A stretch of DNA of 64,000 nt from Mizuhopecten yessoensis (lineage: Eukaryota): assembly GCF_002113885.1 (NCBI RefSeq), contig NW_018408770.1:536115-600114 (forward strand). The letters run 5' to 3'. Position numbers and translations under genes: made by a program. Shown piece after piece: positions 51,230 through 62,987 of the stretch. How positions within the stretch are numbered: the first letter of the stretch is position 1; each line of letters begins with the position of its first letter. The notes under the pieces were generated by a model. That model did no database searches. It was not told where the DNA came from and saw nothing but the letters and a program-made list of their open reading frames with translations.

Positions 51230-53194
51230 ATGATGAAACGACGCTTTACGAAAACATCTCAATCCTACCAGCAAGTTGGACAACATGAGAAGTATGGCAC
51301 CAAAGAAGAAGTCAAGAAGAAAGAAGCCAGCAAACAGAAACATGTGAATCCGTTACGATGTGGCATGTGTTCCGGAACACTACGCAGTCCAAAGTTACTC
51401 CCGTGTTACCATACGTTCTGTTTCAAGTGTCTGGAGGACTACGTGGGGAGAAAGTGTGCCCCCGAGGAGCCGTCATTTCACTGTCCCCTGTGTCTGATGC
51501 AAATTGACATTCCTCAAGATGGCGTCTCTGGATTGACAGACAATTTGTACGTGTTAGTATACGACGCCATGAATGCCTCCAAGAACCCGTGTCAGCAATG
51601 TGAAACTGGAACCGGCGCGGTGGCCAGATGTGTCGACTGTGATGAAAATATTTGTATGTCATGTAAAAACGTCCACCAGAAAATGAAAGCTACCAAAAAC
51701 CACAAACTCGTTCTCTTGGCGGAGCAAGAAAAGATACTCAACGCGTCCCTTTCGCGACAATGCACGTGTCCGGAACATGCAAACGAGGAAATGTGTTTTG
51801 TCTGTAAACCGTGTAACGCACTTTTGTGTTTGCAATGTAAGGATAGTCACCTTGACCATAAGTTAGAGGATGCGTCTGTCGCCGCCAAGGTAAGGAAAGA
51901 GGAACTGTCGAGATTGGCAGACGGTGTGCGTTCATACTTACCGTATATCAAAAACAACATGGCAAAGGCCGACAAAGAAACGGACAGACTTAAGGAAGAC
52001 GTTGACAAGACAAAGCTACATATTGTAGACACTGCCGAAAAGTTGAAAAGGGAAATCGATGCAGCATGCGCAAAGAAGATAGAGAACATTGATGCAACTC
52101 TAAAACAGTATTTGTCATCTATCGAAAGATTCCGTGCGGAAATGGAGCGCGTTTACCTTTCTATAAAGACTCTCGCCGTTATGTCGGACCAAATATTCGA
52201 TCTGGCTCCTGACGGACTGTTACTGCAAACAAATCGCAACATCAGTAAGCGTCTGGAGTCTGTTCCTACCGAGATACCAGCATGTTCTTTAGAAAGCGCC
52301 AAAACGAGTTTTGAGCCGAAATCCGTACCCGAGGAAGACTTATTGGGTGTCACGTCTGTGTCCGTGTTGCCTATCCTCAGGTTTTCCCCGACAGACACTA
52401 AAGTGCCGACATTTTACTGCCCAGGTCGACCCTACTCCATATGCCCAGTGTCCGATGACGAGGCATGGGTTATTTGTGACACCTCGGAGACCATTCAGCT
52501 TTATTCCAAGAACGGGGCAATCCGACAGTTTCTCAAATTACCAGGGGAGGCCAATGACATTTGTTGTTTTCCAAACGGTAGTCTCTTTGTCACAGAACTT
52601 CGAGGACGTGCCATCTGGAAAATTGGAACAGACAATTCTGTGAAAACCTTCACTACCATCGACGACACAGTTCGTGGGGTTTGTTATTTTGGCGGGAAGT
52701 TCTATGTCACGTGCAAGGATTCGAGTCGGCACATGTTGTCCATTTTGACGCAAGACACGGGCGACATTGAAAAGGAGATCGTACAAGACAACGGCAACCC
52801 AATTTTTTGTCATCCAGATCGTCTTTCTGTCACGAGTAGCGGTACTGTGTGTGTGACCGACAGGGGCAAAGATGGCGCTGTTGTCTTTGTCACATCAGAC
52901 GGACACGTGAAGTCCTCATACAGGGGAGAAGGAGGAGAGCAAAATGGGGGACAGAAAGAGCGGTTTGAACCCTGGGGACTTTGTGTGGATCAACACGACA
53001 ACATATTCATATCTGACCGCTTCAATGACGTCATCCATGTTCTCAACGAAAATGGTGTTTTCCAGAAGTTCTTGCTGACTGAAGATGACGGGATAAGGCG
53101 CCCCCTGGGCATAGCTGTGGACAATGCCGGACACATTTGGGTCGGCAATGAGGACGGAAGTATCCATGTGTTCGAATACCTAGAGCTTTTATAA
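51230..53194 (+). CDS. intronless tripartite-motif E3 ubiquitin ligase (RING, B-box1, B-box2, coiled coil, NHL-like propeller; TRIM2/3/56/71-like), 654 aa
   Basis: RING CGMC...LPCYHTFCFKC...CPLC; B-box1 CQQC...CVDCDENICMSCKNVH...H; B-box2 CPEH...CKPC...CLQC..H..H; helical heptad region; NHL motifs FEPWGLCVDQHDNIFISD and PLGIAVDNAGHIWVG. Confidence 0.95.
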   Translation: MMKRRFTKTSQSYQQVGQHEKYGTKEEVKKKEASKQKHVNPLRCGMCSGTLRSPKLLPCYHTFCFKCLEDYVGRKCAPEEPSFHCPLCLMQIDIPQDGVSGLTDNLYVLVYDAMNASKNPCQQCETGTGAVARCVDCDENICMSCKNVHQKMKATKNHKLVLLAEQEKILNASLSRQCTCPEHANEEMCFVCKPCNALLCLQCKDSHLDHKLEDASVAAKVRKEELSRLADGVRSYLPYIKNNMAKADKETDRLKEDVDKTKLHIVDTAEKLKREIDAACAKKIENIDATLKQYLSSIERFRAEMERVYLSIKTLAVMSDQIFDLAPDGLLLQTNRNISKRLESVPTEIPACSLESAKTSFEPKSVPEEDLLGVTSVSVLPILRFSPTDTKVPTFYCPGRPYSICPVSDDEAWVICDTSETIQLYSKNGAIRQFLKLPGEANDICCFPNGSLFVTELRGRAIWKIGTDNSVKTFTTIDDTVRGVCYFGGKFYVTCKDSSRHMLSILTQDTGDIEKEIVQDNGNPIFCHPDRLSVTSSGTVCVTDRGKDGAVVFVTSDGHVKSSYRGEGGEQNGGQKERFEPWGLCVDQHDNIFISDRFNDVIHVLNENGVFQKFLLTEDDGIRRPLGIAVDNAGHIWVGNEDGSIHVFEYLELL

Positions 53195-53219
53195 TGTCCG
53201 TCGGTGATTCTGTGTTCAC

Positions 53220-55850
53220 TAACAATAAGTCGGACAAAAAAACCGGATAACAATAGGTTGGGCACAAAAACCGAAGCTAACAGTAATTCGGGCACAGCAA
53301 TGAGAGTAACAATATATCAAGCACAGAAATATAGGTAACAATAGGTCGGACACACAGCTCGGGGGCATAAAACTGGGGTTCAATAGGTCGGGCATAAACT
53401 GTGGTAAACGAAAGGTCGGGCATACAAAACTGTGGATTACACAATAACTCAGGTACAAAACTGAGGGTCACAATAGGTCAGGCAAAAAATTGAGGGTAAC
53501 AATAGGTCGGGCATAACAAACTAAGGATAACAATAGGTCAGTCAGTAAACTAATGGTAACAATAGGTCAGGCATAAACTGAGGGTAAGAATAGGTCGGGT
53601 ACAAAACTAAGGGTAACAATTGGTCAGGCATAAAACTTAGGGTAACAATAGTTCAGGCATAAACAAAGGGTAACAATATATCAGGCATAAAATTAAGGGT
53701 AACAATGGATCAGGCATAAAACTGAGGGTAACAATAGATTAGGCATAATACTGAGAGTAATTATAGGTCAGGCATAAAACTAATGGTAACAATAGGTCAG
53801 GCATATAACTTAGGATAACAAAAGGTCAGACATAATACTGAGTGTAATTATAGATCAGGTACAAAAGGGTAACAATTGGTCAGGCATAAAACTGAGGGTA
53901 ACAATGGATCAGGTATATAACTGAGGATGACAATAGGTGAGGCATAATACTGAGTGTAATTATAGATCAGGCATAAAACTGAGGGAAACATTAGATTAGG
54001 CATAAAACTGAGGGTAACAATAGGTCAGGCATAAAACTAATGGTAACAATAGGTCAGGCATATAACTTAGGATAACAAAAGGTCAGACATAATACTGAGT
54101 GTAATTATAGATCAGGTACAAAAGGGTAACAATAGGTCAGGCATATAACTAAGGATAACAATATATCAGGCATACAATTAAGGGTAACAATATATCTGAC
54201 ATATAATTAAGGGTAACAATAAATCAGGCATATAATTAAGGGGAACAATGGATCAGGCATAATAATGAGTGTAATTATAGATCAGACATAAAACTGAGGG
54301 AAACATTAGATTAGGCATAAAACTGAGGGAAACATTAGATTAGGCATAAAACTGAGGGAAACATTAGATTAGGCATAAAACTGAGGGAAACATTAGATTA
54401 GGCATAAAACTGAGGGAAACATTAGATTAGGCATAAAACTGAGGGTAACAATAGATTAGGCATAATACTGAGTGTATTTATAGATCAGGTACAAAAGGGT
54501 AACAATTGGTCAGGCATAAAACTTAGGGTAACAATAGATTAGGCATAAACAAAGGAAAACAATATATCAGGCATAAAATTAAGGGTAACAATGTATCAGG
54601 TATAAAACTGAGGGTAACAATAGATTAGGCATAATACTGAGAGTAATTATAGGTCAGGCATAAAACTAATGGTAACAATAGGTCAGGCATATAATTAAGG
54701 ATAACAATAGGTGAGGCATAATACTGAGTGTAATGATAGATCGGGCATAAAACTGAGGGTAAGAATAGATCAGGCATAAAACTGAGGGTAATTATAGATC
54801 AGGCATAAAAATGAGGGTAACAATAGATCAGGCATAAAACTGAGGGTAACAATAGGTCAGGCATAACACTTAGAGTAATAATAGGTCAGGCATAAAACTA
54901 ATGGTAAAGGCATATAACTAAGGATAACAATAGGTCAGGCATAAAATTGAGGGTAACAATAGGTCAGGCATAAAACTGAGGGTAACAATAGATCAGGCAT
55001 AATACTAAGTGTAATTATAGGTCAGGCATAAAACTAATGGTAACAATAGGTCAGGCATATAACTAAGGATAACAGTAAGTCAGTCATAAAACTGAGGGTA
55101 ACAATAGGTCAGGCATAAAACTAAGGGTAACAATAGATCAGGCATACAATTAAGGGTAACAATTTATCAGGCATATAATTAAGGGTAACAATGGATCAGG
55201 CATAATACTGAGTGTAATTATAGATCAGGCATAAAACTAATGGTAACAATAGATCAAGCATAAAACTGAGGGTAACAATAGATCAGGCATAAAACTGAAA
55301 GTAATTATAGGTCAGGCATATGACTAAGGATAACAATAGGTAAGGCATAAAACTGAGGGTAACAATAGGTCAGGCATGAAACTAATGGTAACAATAGGTC
55401 AGGCATATAACTAAGGATAACAGTAAGTCAGTCATAAAACTGAGGCTAACAATAGGTCAGGCGTAAAACTAAGGGTTACAATAGGTTAGGCATAAAACTT
55501 AAGGTAATAATAGGTCAGGCATAAAACTAAGGGTAACAAAGGGTCAGGCATAAACTGAGGGTAAGAATAGGTCAGGTACAAAACTAAGGGTAACAATAGA
55601 TCAGGCATTAAACTTAGGGTAACAATAGATCAGGCATAAACAAAGGGTAACAATATATCAGGCATACAATTAAGGGTAACAATATATCAGGCATATAATT
55701 AAGGGTAACAATGGATCAGGTATAATACTGAGTGTAATTATAGATCAGGCATACAACTAATGGTAACAATAGATCAGGCATAAAACTGAGGGTAACAATA
55801 GATCAGGCATAAAACTGAGAGTAATTATAGGTCAGGCATAAAACTAATGA
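53220..55850 (+). repeat. ~30-bp diverged satellite, 2.6 kb, starting ~25 nt after the TRIM-NHL stop
   Basis: GGGTAACAATAGGTCAGGCATAAAACTGAG consensus. Confidence 0.97.
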
Positions 55851-55917
55851 TATGATTTGTTTGTAATGTAAATATGTGCGCATTATTCTGTTTAAATGTA
55901 ATCTTCAAATTGGAGGA

Positions 55918-55932
55918 AATAAAGAGAATAAA
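55918..55932 (+). terminator. tandem AATAAA, candidate polyA signal of the TRIM-NHL gene
   Basis: two AATAAA just after the 30-bp satellite. Confidence 0.45.
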
Positions 55933-57114
55933 CTGTCGTCGGGCTAGTTTTAATTACATAAATTACTTACCAATACAGATTTAACCTTACGAATGGTCTA
56001 GTTATTCTTTTTTTCTTTAGGTTATCAGTAGTCCTTCAATGATCTGAAGAGTATTTACTGTTTTGCGCGGCGTGGCCTATATATATATATATAGTTACAA
56101 GAATACAAATATAATGAAAATGAATTTGGAGTGCATAAATTTTAAATTGTGATTAAAACTATGTACATAGGCTTATAATAAATTAAATGAATTTGTGGAG
56201 GACAGCTGGTGTGAGCTGTTCGACTGTTGTGACAGTGACTGTATGGGTTGGTAATAAATTCCATTGAGTTAAGGTATAAGAAAAACGTATGGGGCGAGTA
56301 ATTTGAATTTATCTATAGACAGATTCACGTTGAAGTGTTTACAGAAACACTTACAAGACCAACTTACTTCGTCACTCCACAAACCCGATGATATCACGAA
56401 CTTAGTAATTGGCTAATGCTGAAACTAAATGTCAGCCTTTTCATACGTAATACATCAGATAGTCGTGTAATGCGTAATGGGAGATTTTAAATAATATACG
56501 TTAAGAAAAAAAAATACCACTAGTGAAATATAGTGATCTAAATTAAAACAGGTCAGTAATAAATCTTTTTGTTTTATTTATTAATGAAATTGAGACCGGT
56601 GCCTTCATTATAATCTCTACACCACAGTTTGGATGATGTAACGATTCTATTCAAAATTTCAATTGTATTTTGATTTACCTGCATTCATGCAGTCCCGCAA
56701 GATTTATATCATATACAGTTTTCAACAAATATATCCCATAAACCCAGTACAATGTATTATCTTGCATTTATATCCCGTTAAACTATTCAATATAATAGAT
56801 GGTCATATCTCATAAAACTAGACTATCTAGCTCTTTCATAACAGATAGTCATATCCTGTTAAACTAGCGCTATGTTACAGATATTTATATCTCGTTAAAG
56901 GAGCGCTATATACCGGATAGTTATACCCGTAGTATGGTATGGTATATGACTATGGCGTGTAGATCGTTGCATTAATTGCATTTTAAAACATATCAATAAA
57001 AACATCTTATTTAGTATGGGCATTGGTTTCCGCTCAGATTACTCAGGTGGGTAATGTGTGGTTATTTGTCCTGAGGTAAACTTATTTAACCGTTTTAATC
57101 CTGGTGGAGTGAAC

Positions 57115-57277
57115 CACAAGTACCTGAGAATATGTTACAGCTATATTTGGATATAAACTAAGGTGTTCAGAGTAATTTTTATCTAAAGTCGATCTAAACC
57201 CCTAAAACATGTCAAATTACTCTGAACACCCTAGTTTAGATCCAAATATAGCTGTAACAAATGTTCAGGTCCCTGTG
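57115..57277. mobile_element. MITE with ~65-bp TIRs (CAC...GTG)
   Basis: TGTTACAGCTATATTTGGAT...TGTTCAGAGTAATTT versus AAATTACTCTGAACA...ATCCAAATATAGCTGTAACA. Confidence 0.8.
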
Positions 57278-57699
57278 AGTTTGACATGACCTTCGATGGT
57301 TAAAGTCATTTTACATTGGCGAGTCATCGAGGAATAGAACAACATCACCAACAAAAATATATACAAATCCTTATGTCCAGTGTTTCAGTGATAGCAAAAA
57401 TGCCAAATTGTTAATACGTTGAGTTACCTTAGACTGCATGCAAACACGTTGATCGGGGTCTGGTTTTAACCCCTCCAATGATATACACATAATCCTGTAA
57501 TAGAATGCCGATATCATTTCATTATCATTAGGTTCAGACATAATAAAATTAGGAATAGATATAACACCTGCTTTCCATATAAGTGATGTGTTTTTATAAA
57601 CGAGAGTTCTCGTAAACAACGTTTTACCGCTGGCTCTTCTAGTTGTTCAATTAAGCCATTGTCCAAACTTCTTACTACAATTATTAGAACCAGTAAAGC

Positions 57700-58530
57700 A
57701 GGGACAGTCTTATCAATGTTAGACTATATACTCCGGATTAGGAACTAATGGATTGTGGATTTTGCAGAACTCAAAATATCTGTTGAACGATCTTGAACCA
57801 TCAGAAAATCCGACTTTTCCACTCCACACACTACCATATATCAAATTTAAGGGACGCCTTCGCTCCCTTGTTATAGGAAGAAAAGTGAGCGGCGAGATCA
57901 AAAAATGGTTTGAAACTCTTTGGAGCTTAGATCTGTGAAAAACACGTTAAAAATAACGATGAAATATGAAGAGGACGAAATCATGAGAATGATTGAGGTC
58001 CTAATCGATAAATATCTTTGCTGATTTCGGTGGAAAGATTTGCCAGTAGACTGTTGGCCTTCCCTCGGGACACAGTGTTTTTCAAATGAGGCTGATTTTG
58101 TCGGAGAGGTTATCAAGCCTAGGACGGATAAAAACCTTGCCAAACCTAAGCAAAAGACATGTATTTGCCACGTCAATCGTAGATATATTTCCTACGCAAG
58201 CTTCGTACCACAATCTTGCCTTACAACGTGACCAATCGGGCCGACTTTCTACCAAGCTTTAATTGGGTATGACGATTCCGATGGTGAACTTTCCCCTTCT
58301 TGCTAGTAACATTCCTTTACCCCATGCTTACAGATTTAAACAAGACATGTCCCAATTAATTAGGTACCAAGATTTTTGCCCAGGATATTCTGATTTCCAT
58401 GATAGAGGTCTACTGCTGATAAACTTGAAACATATTCTTTTTCAGAGATGCAGGTTGATGCAGACAATGGACAAATTGTATGGTTGCAATCATTTTCTCA
58501 CTTGGAAATGTTCCTTGTGCGGCATGTTTT
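57700..58530 (+). pseudogene. decayed Penelope-like reverse transcriptase fragment
   Basis: MWILQNSKYLL...LPYIKFKGRL and VNFPLLASNIPLPHAY...SQLIRY resemble PLE RT motifs (MWILKNS..LL; VNFPFLSSNIP..PAYG..SQLIRY); many stops and frameshifts. Confidence 0.7.
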
Positions 58531-59165
58531 TACCTCATACGGTGTGAATGCGGTGTGAATGCAGATCACCTCATTAACTGATGTGAGCGTAGTCGGTTTG
58601 AGAATGTATTTCACTATATATAAATCCCTGAACAAATCTCAAGCGTGACTTTCTCACACACACCATCCCCGTTACAAAATATTACCGGAGAGAACGGAGC
58701 AAGTCGGGCCAGTGGCGGATAGGGGTACGATACGTTTTTGACGTCACCTTCATTCTGAACCTGTCGTCATTTGAACTTTTCAGCTAGATTACATCAAGTG
58801 TTTTTTTTGCTTTTTTAAGTATTTCCAATAAATAGGTTAATTTTGACAACCGCTTTCAACAATACTTGCCGGTGTTTGACCGTTACCCTGTACAGTATGA
58901 ACCTATAGTACCAATTAAATGAAGCATCCAGTGCCGCAAGGCCTAAAGTTAATAAAATGAATTGAATCGCTAACACTGTTTCCTGTTGCGTCCCCAAAAA
59001 TGTTTAACAAACCATCAAAATCTGCATAAGCTGGGGCAAGTTGAGTACTCGACCATGAGGAAAGCTCAAACGTGGCTTCAACAATAATCCGATCCTGGAG
59101 GATGCCATGCCCTGATTGGCGCAATTTCATATTGCCCCGTGCCACATTAACTACTATAGCCAGCC

Positions 59166-60161
59166 CACAGGGACCTGAGCATTTGTTACAGCAATATATG
59201 GCTCTAAACTAATTAAGGAGTTACATTTAGATAAGTTTTACACGTTTTAGGGGTTTAGATCAATTTTCGCTAAAAATGCCACCCCTATGTTGATATATAT
59301 CTATATATTAACATTGACTAACAAAGTTAACCCTAACCCCTAAAGCGTGTAGAATTACTCTGAACACCATAATTAGCTTAGGGTCCAAACATATTTTTTA
59401 AAAATTATTATTCAACTTTTTTCATAATCACATTTTACTACGATAACATAAACATTACAATTGTTTCATATACATATATTCGTTCTGTAACTATATATCA
59501 ATCAGAATCGGTTTTTATATATATGAGTCTAACTGTTTACTCATGTATGTACAAAGTTTGTAATAATTTAGAGCATATTTCCATCCGGATATTTCACTTT
59601 TATTTTAAGACAAGTACGGAGTTCCATGACATTTGTAAGTAAGGCAGATCATTGCTATTTTGAATAAATTTAGACGTGAAGTTTTCCGACAGGAATATAT
59701 GGCTCTAAAGACTTTACCCAAAATATGTAAACAATGTCAGCTTAATTAAGTAAGTAAATGACTGGTAAAGTTCCATTTGTATTTGATTTTAAGGTATGTT
59801 TTCCCTTCCAAAATGGTAGGAGCTGGTGTTTTTTTTAATTTACATGAATATATATAGTATGTAATGTAATTTGGCACTTATGTTCTAGCGTATCTTTCAG
59901 CCATAACCAAAATGTTTTTACTAACCTACTGCATTCCCCAAAAAGATGCATAATAGTTTCTCTCTCAAAAGGCGCATCTTTCAGTTTCAGCTAATTTGCA
60001 TCTCATTAATTTTGTGTTGGCATAGATGATCCTGTTTATAATTCTATACTGAAAGTTAATAAGTTTTGTGTCATCAGTTATGTCTCTTGGAATCGAGTTA
60101 AAAGATTCCCAAGATCTTCTAGGGTCCAAATATAGATGTAACAAATACTCAGATCCATGTG
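59166..60161. mobile_element. second copy of the CAC...GTG MITE, right arm split between ~59390 and 60121-60161
   Basis: CACAGGGACCTGAGCATTTGTTACAGC; AATTACTCTGAACACC; AGGGTCCAAATATAGATGTAACAAATACTCAGATCCATGTG. Confidence 0.6.
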
Positions 60162-60496
60162 ACTGTAAAACTATAGGCTTACTAGGCCTTGCAGGGGAAC
60201 TAATTTAACATAGTAAATAAGATATAAATCACGATGTTCTTTACCGTGAAATAAAAAAAAAAATCTGATTTTATTTTTGTAATAACAATCAAACTGGATC
60301 TATATATAGCCCTACTTTCTGTTTCACAGAACGTAACAATCAATTGTTTATTCTAAAATAAAGCAATGTCAGCACAGTGATAATTCTAGGACATAGTAAA
60401 ATCGACTAAAACAAAAAAAAATGTTCCTGTACCAAATGCTTGATCATGGTACGGACTTATGCTGTGGTCGCGATGACCACTTTATCTTCCTTTTGC

Positions 60497-60607
60497 TCAT
60501 GCGCAAAGTGCGCCAAATCAATCGGACCGCACAGCTACAGTACAGTTGCCGTGTACTCACATGTGCCACAGGGTAACATCTTGGTTTCTTCAAGTTCATT
60601 GAAAAAG
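60497..60607 (+). promoter_or_regulatory. probable ELOVL promoter / non-coding first exon
   Basis: CpG-richer patch with NRF1-like CATGCGCA; donor AAG/GTATTG at 60607; acceptor ttttcag at 62952 before the ATG exon. Confidence 0.45.
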
Positions 60608-62223
60608 GTATTGTCACAGAAGAATGTAGAATGTATAAACCTTTCAGACAGCATTATTAGAATTTGCACAAATAATGATTATCGTAAACGTTTATCTCTA
60701 GGCCTCGAAGTAGGAAGTGCTAACAGTCGGCAATGTCGGCATGTTTTTGCATGTGTGCGCCGTGTTTTGTTAACATTGGTTTATGTGTAAAGTTACAACG
60801 ATATGCTTATAAGGATGATTTTGTTGTAGAAATTATACCTTTTCTTCCACAAAGTCCTCCTCGTCTCAGATCTTCAATGCCATATATATATAGAAACCAA
60901 TGTTACAACATCATGTGGTTTAGTGCCTATATATAGTGTATGTGGTGTTATGGTAACCGGTGGAAACGGCACAAATATCAGTGACAACTTATGAAGTTAT
61001 GTAACAACCACTGGGTTATCAATTTCAATCAAATGCAACTCATGCGTAGATATCGAACCCCTCCCGTTTATCCTACATAATGGGAACTTGTAATCCCGTT
61101 TCAATCTCGATAGTGACAGAGAAAATAAGTTTTTACATTTAATTAGCTGATATAGCAAGTTAATTGCAGTTGTTCGAAATGGCTTAGTTTATCATAAAAA
61201 AGTCGTTAACCTAATGTTTTGAAAGTTTGCTATCACTTTTCCTGGTCCTACTACAGCTAGTTCAAATATAAAATAGCTAGCATTGCCATTGTCTTTGTGT
61301 AATTAGATTTGAATCTGCATGAATACATGATCGAGTTGCATGAGTATAAGCATTTTTGGTAAATCATTTCCATAAATTCATGATTACGAATAAATAAATG
61401 TTTTTTAAAAATTATTTTACTTATATGCTAATTAGGTTTTCAGTAGGCAACTGGGCAAAAAACATTTGATTAAAAATCAAGTCATCCACGAAAAGGGTTA
61501 AGTGCACTGATTCAATAATAATCTTTGCTTAAGATTTGAGGAATTTACTGTGATCATGGTTCAATGGATTGATGGGCTTAGGATACTTGTTCCGTAATTA
61601 TAACCAATTAAGCCAAGGACAGACTATATTAGTCATGGGTGAACTACGACAGATATCAATGGAGCATCACCAAATATTTTACAGATAAGGAAATGTTGTG
61701 TGTACATGTATGTACATTATGTAATATGTGATATGTAATATATGGTAGGCCTATATGTTCAAATCATCGGAAACAATCGTGTGCTACCATTGCCTGTGGG
61801 CGGGAAGGGGCCTACACTTAAGGTAGGAGCTGTATTGTATCATGCGGTACTAATTGACAACGTTATGTCGTTAACATATTCAACTACTTGGGAAACGCCT
61901 GTAGTATGGTTATGGTTGAGTGGCTCGTAGTGAGCTGTCACAGTGGAATTAATGGAAAAATTGTATTTGTTACTTTGAGAAAGGAACACATTTAGATTTA
62001 ATCATCTGTGCTGTCATGATCATTTTCTATGTATTACTTTGAAAATATTTTTTTTGGATCAATTTACGTATGAATTTTAATCCTGTTTATACATTTGTTA
62101 ATTTAATACCTGTTACCTCAGGTTCTCCCCATCCTCCGCTTTCCTCTCTGCATGAGTTAGTTCTTGAATTATGTCATCTCATGATCTATGGAACTGCTTT
62201 ATCTTGGGAAAGGACATTATAAG

Positions 62224-62583
62224 TGTAGCGGAACTGGACTAGGTCGATCATTGGCGACCAGGTAGAGTTCGGAGGATTCCTGGTTTGAACCCTGGTCTGG
62301 CTGTGCATTTTTACTCTCCTGTTACAGTGGTGCCTGTGACCAACCCTTGTTTCAAGCATAATGGTGTATGCTTGACAAGGGGATACCCAAACCTGGGTTG
62401 TAATTAGTTGTGTCTTCAGAGACGAAGACTTAGAAAAAGCAGGGAGGAATGTAGCGGAACTGGTCTGGGTCGATCGTCCGGCAACAAGCTTAAGGTAGCT
62501 CAATTGGTAGAGCATCCGTCTAGAATTCGGAGGGTCCCGGGTTCAAACCCGGTCTGGTCGTGCATTTTTCCTCTCTTGTTACA
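62224..62583 (+). mobile_element. miniature LTR retrotransposon (terminal-repeat retrotransposon in miniature) with tRNA-like LTRs, Helenus-like
   Basis: LTRs 62224-62326 and 62450-62583 (TG...CA), PBS TGGTGCCTGTGAC at 62328, PPT 62432-62449, flanks TAAG/TAAC. Confidence 0.88.
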
Positions 62584-62987
62584 TAACCTTGCTAACTTTT
62601 TTATTTAAACAATTCCTTCCTTCCAGTATTTCACAGTAAAATGTAATTTTCAAACTATATGTTTATGCTTCATATACATATGTCAAGGTGTATGTTGATA
62701 CTAAAAATAACTTGCACCTGTACACTGTTGTACTGCTGCACACTACCACCATATAGTGTTCCTAGGGCTAAAGGACTGCATGGAGAAAAACCTGTCTGAA
62801 GGTGAAAACTTTGTCGATCATTACATACCCGAGTAATCAATTGCAAATCTGCTGGAAGACTGTTCCCATGTTTTTAAAGTGCTCCATGTATTTCAGACAT
62901 TTTTTTAGCTAACTCTATTGTCAGTAAACATATGATTGATTTCCATTTTCAGGTAAAAGTAGGCAAGGGCAGTTAGAGAGCTTTAAA

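Noticed and set aside
51423-53471. Antisense and alternate-frame ORFs over the TRIM-NHL gene
   Set aside because: Shadow ORFs of a GC-richer coding sequence and the adjacent satellite.
18178-55850. Tandem arrays as CRISPR arrays
   Set aside because: No unique spacers, no cas genes, and a spliceosomal-intron eukaryotic context.
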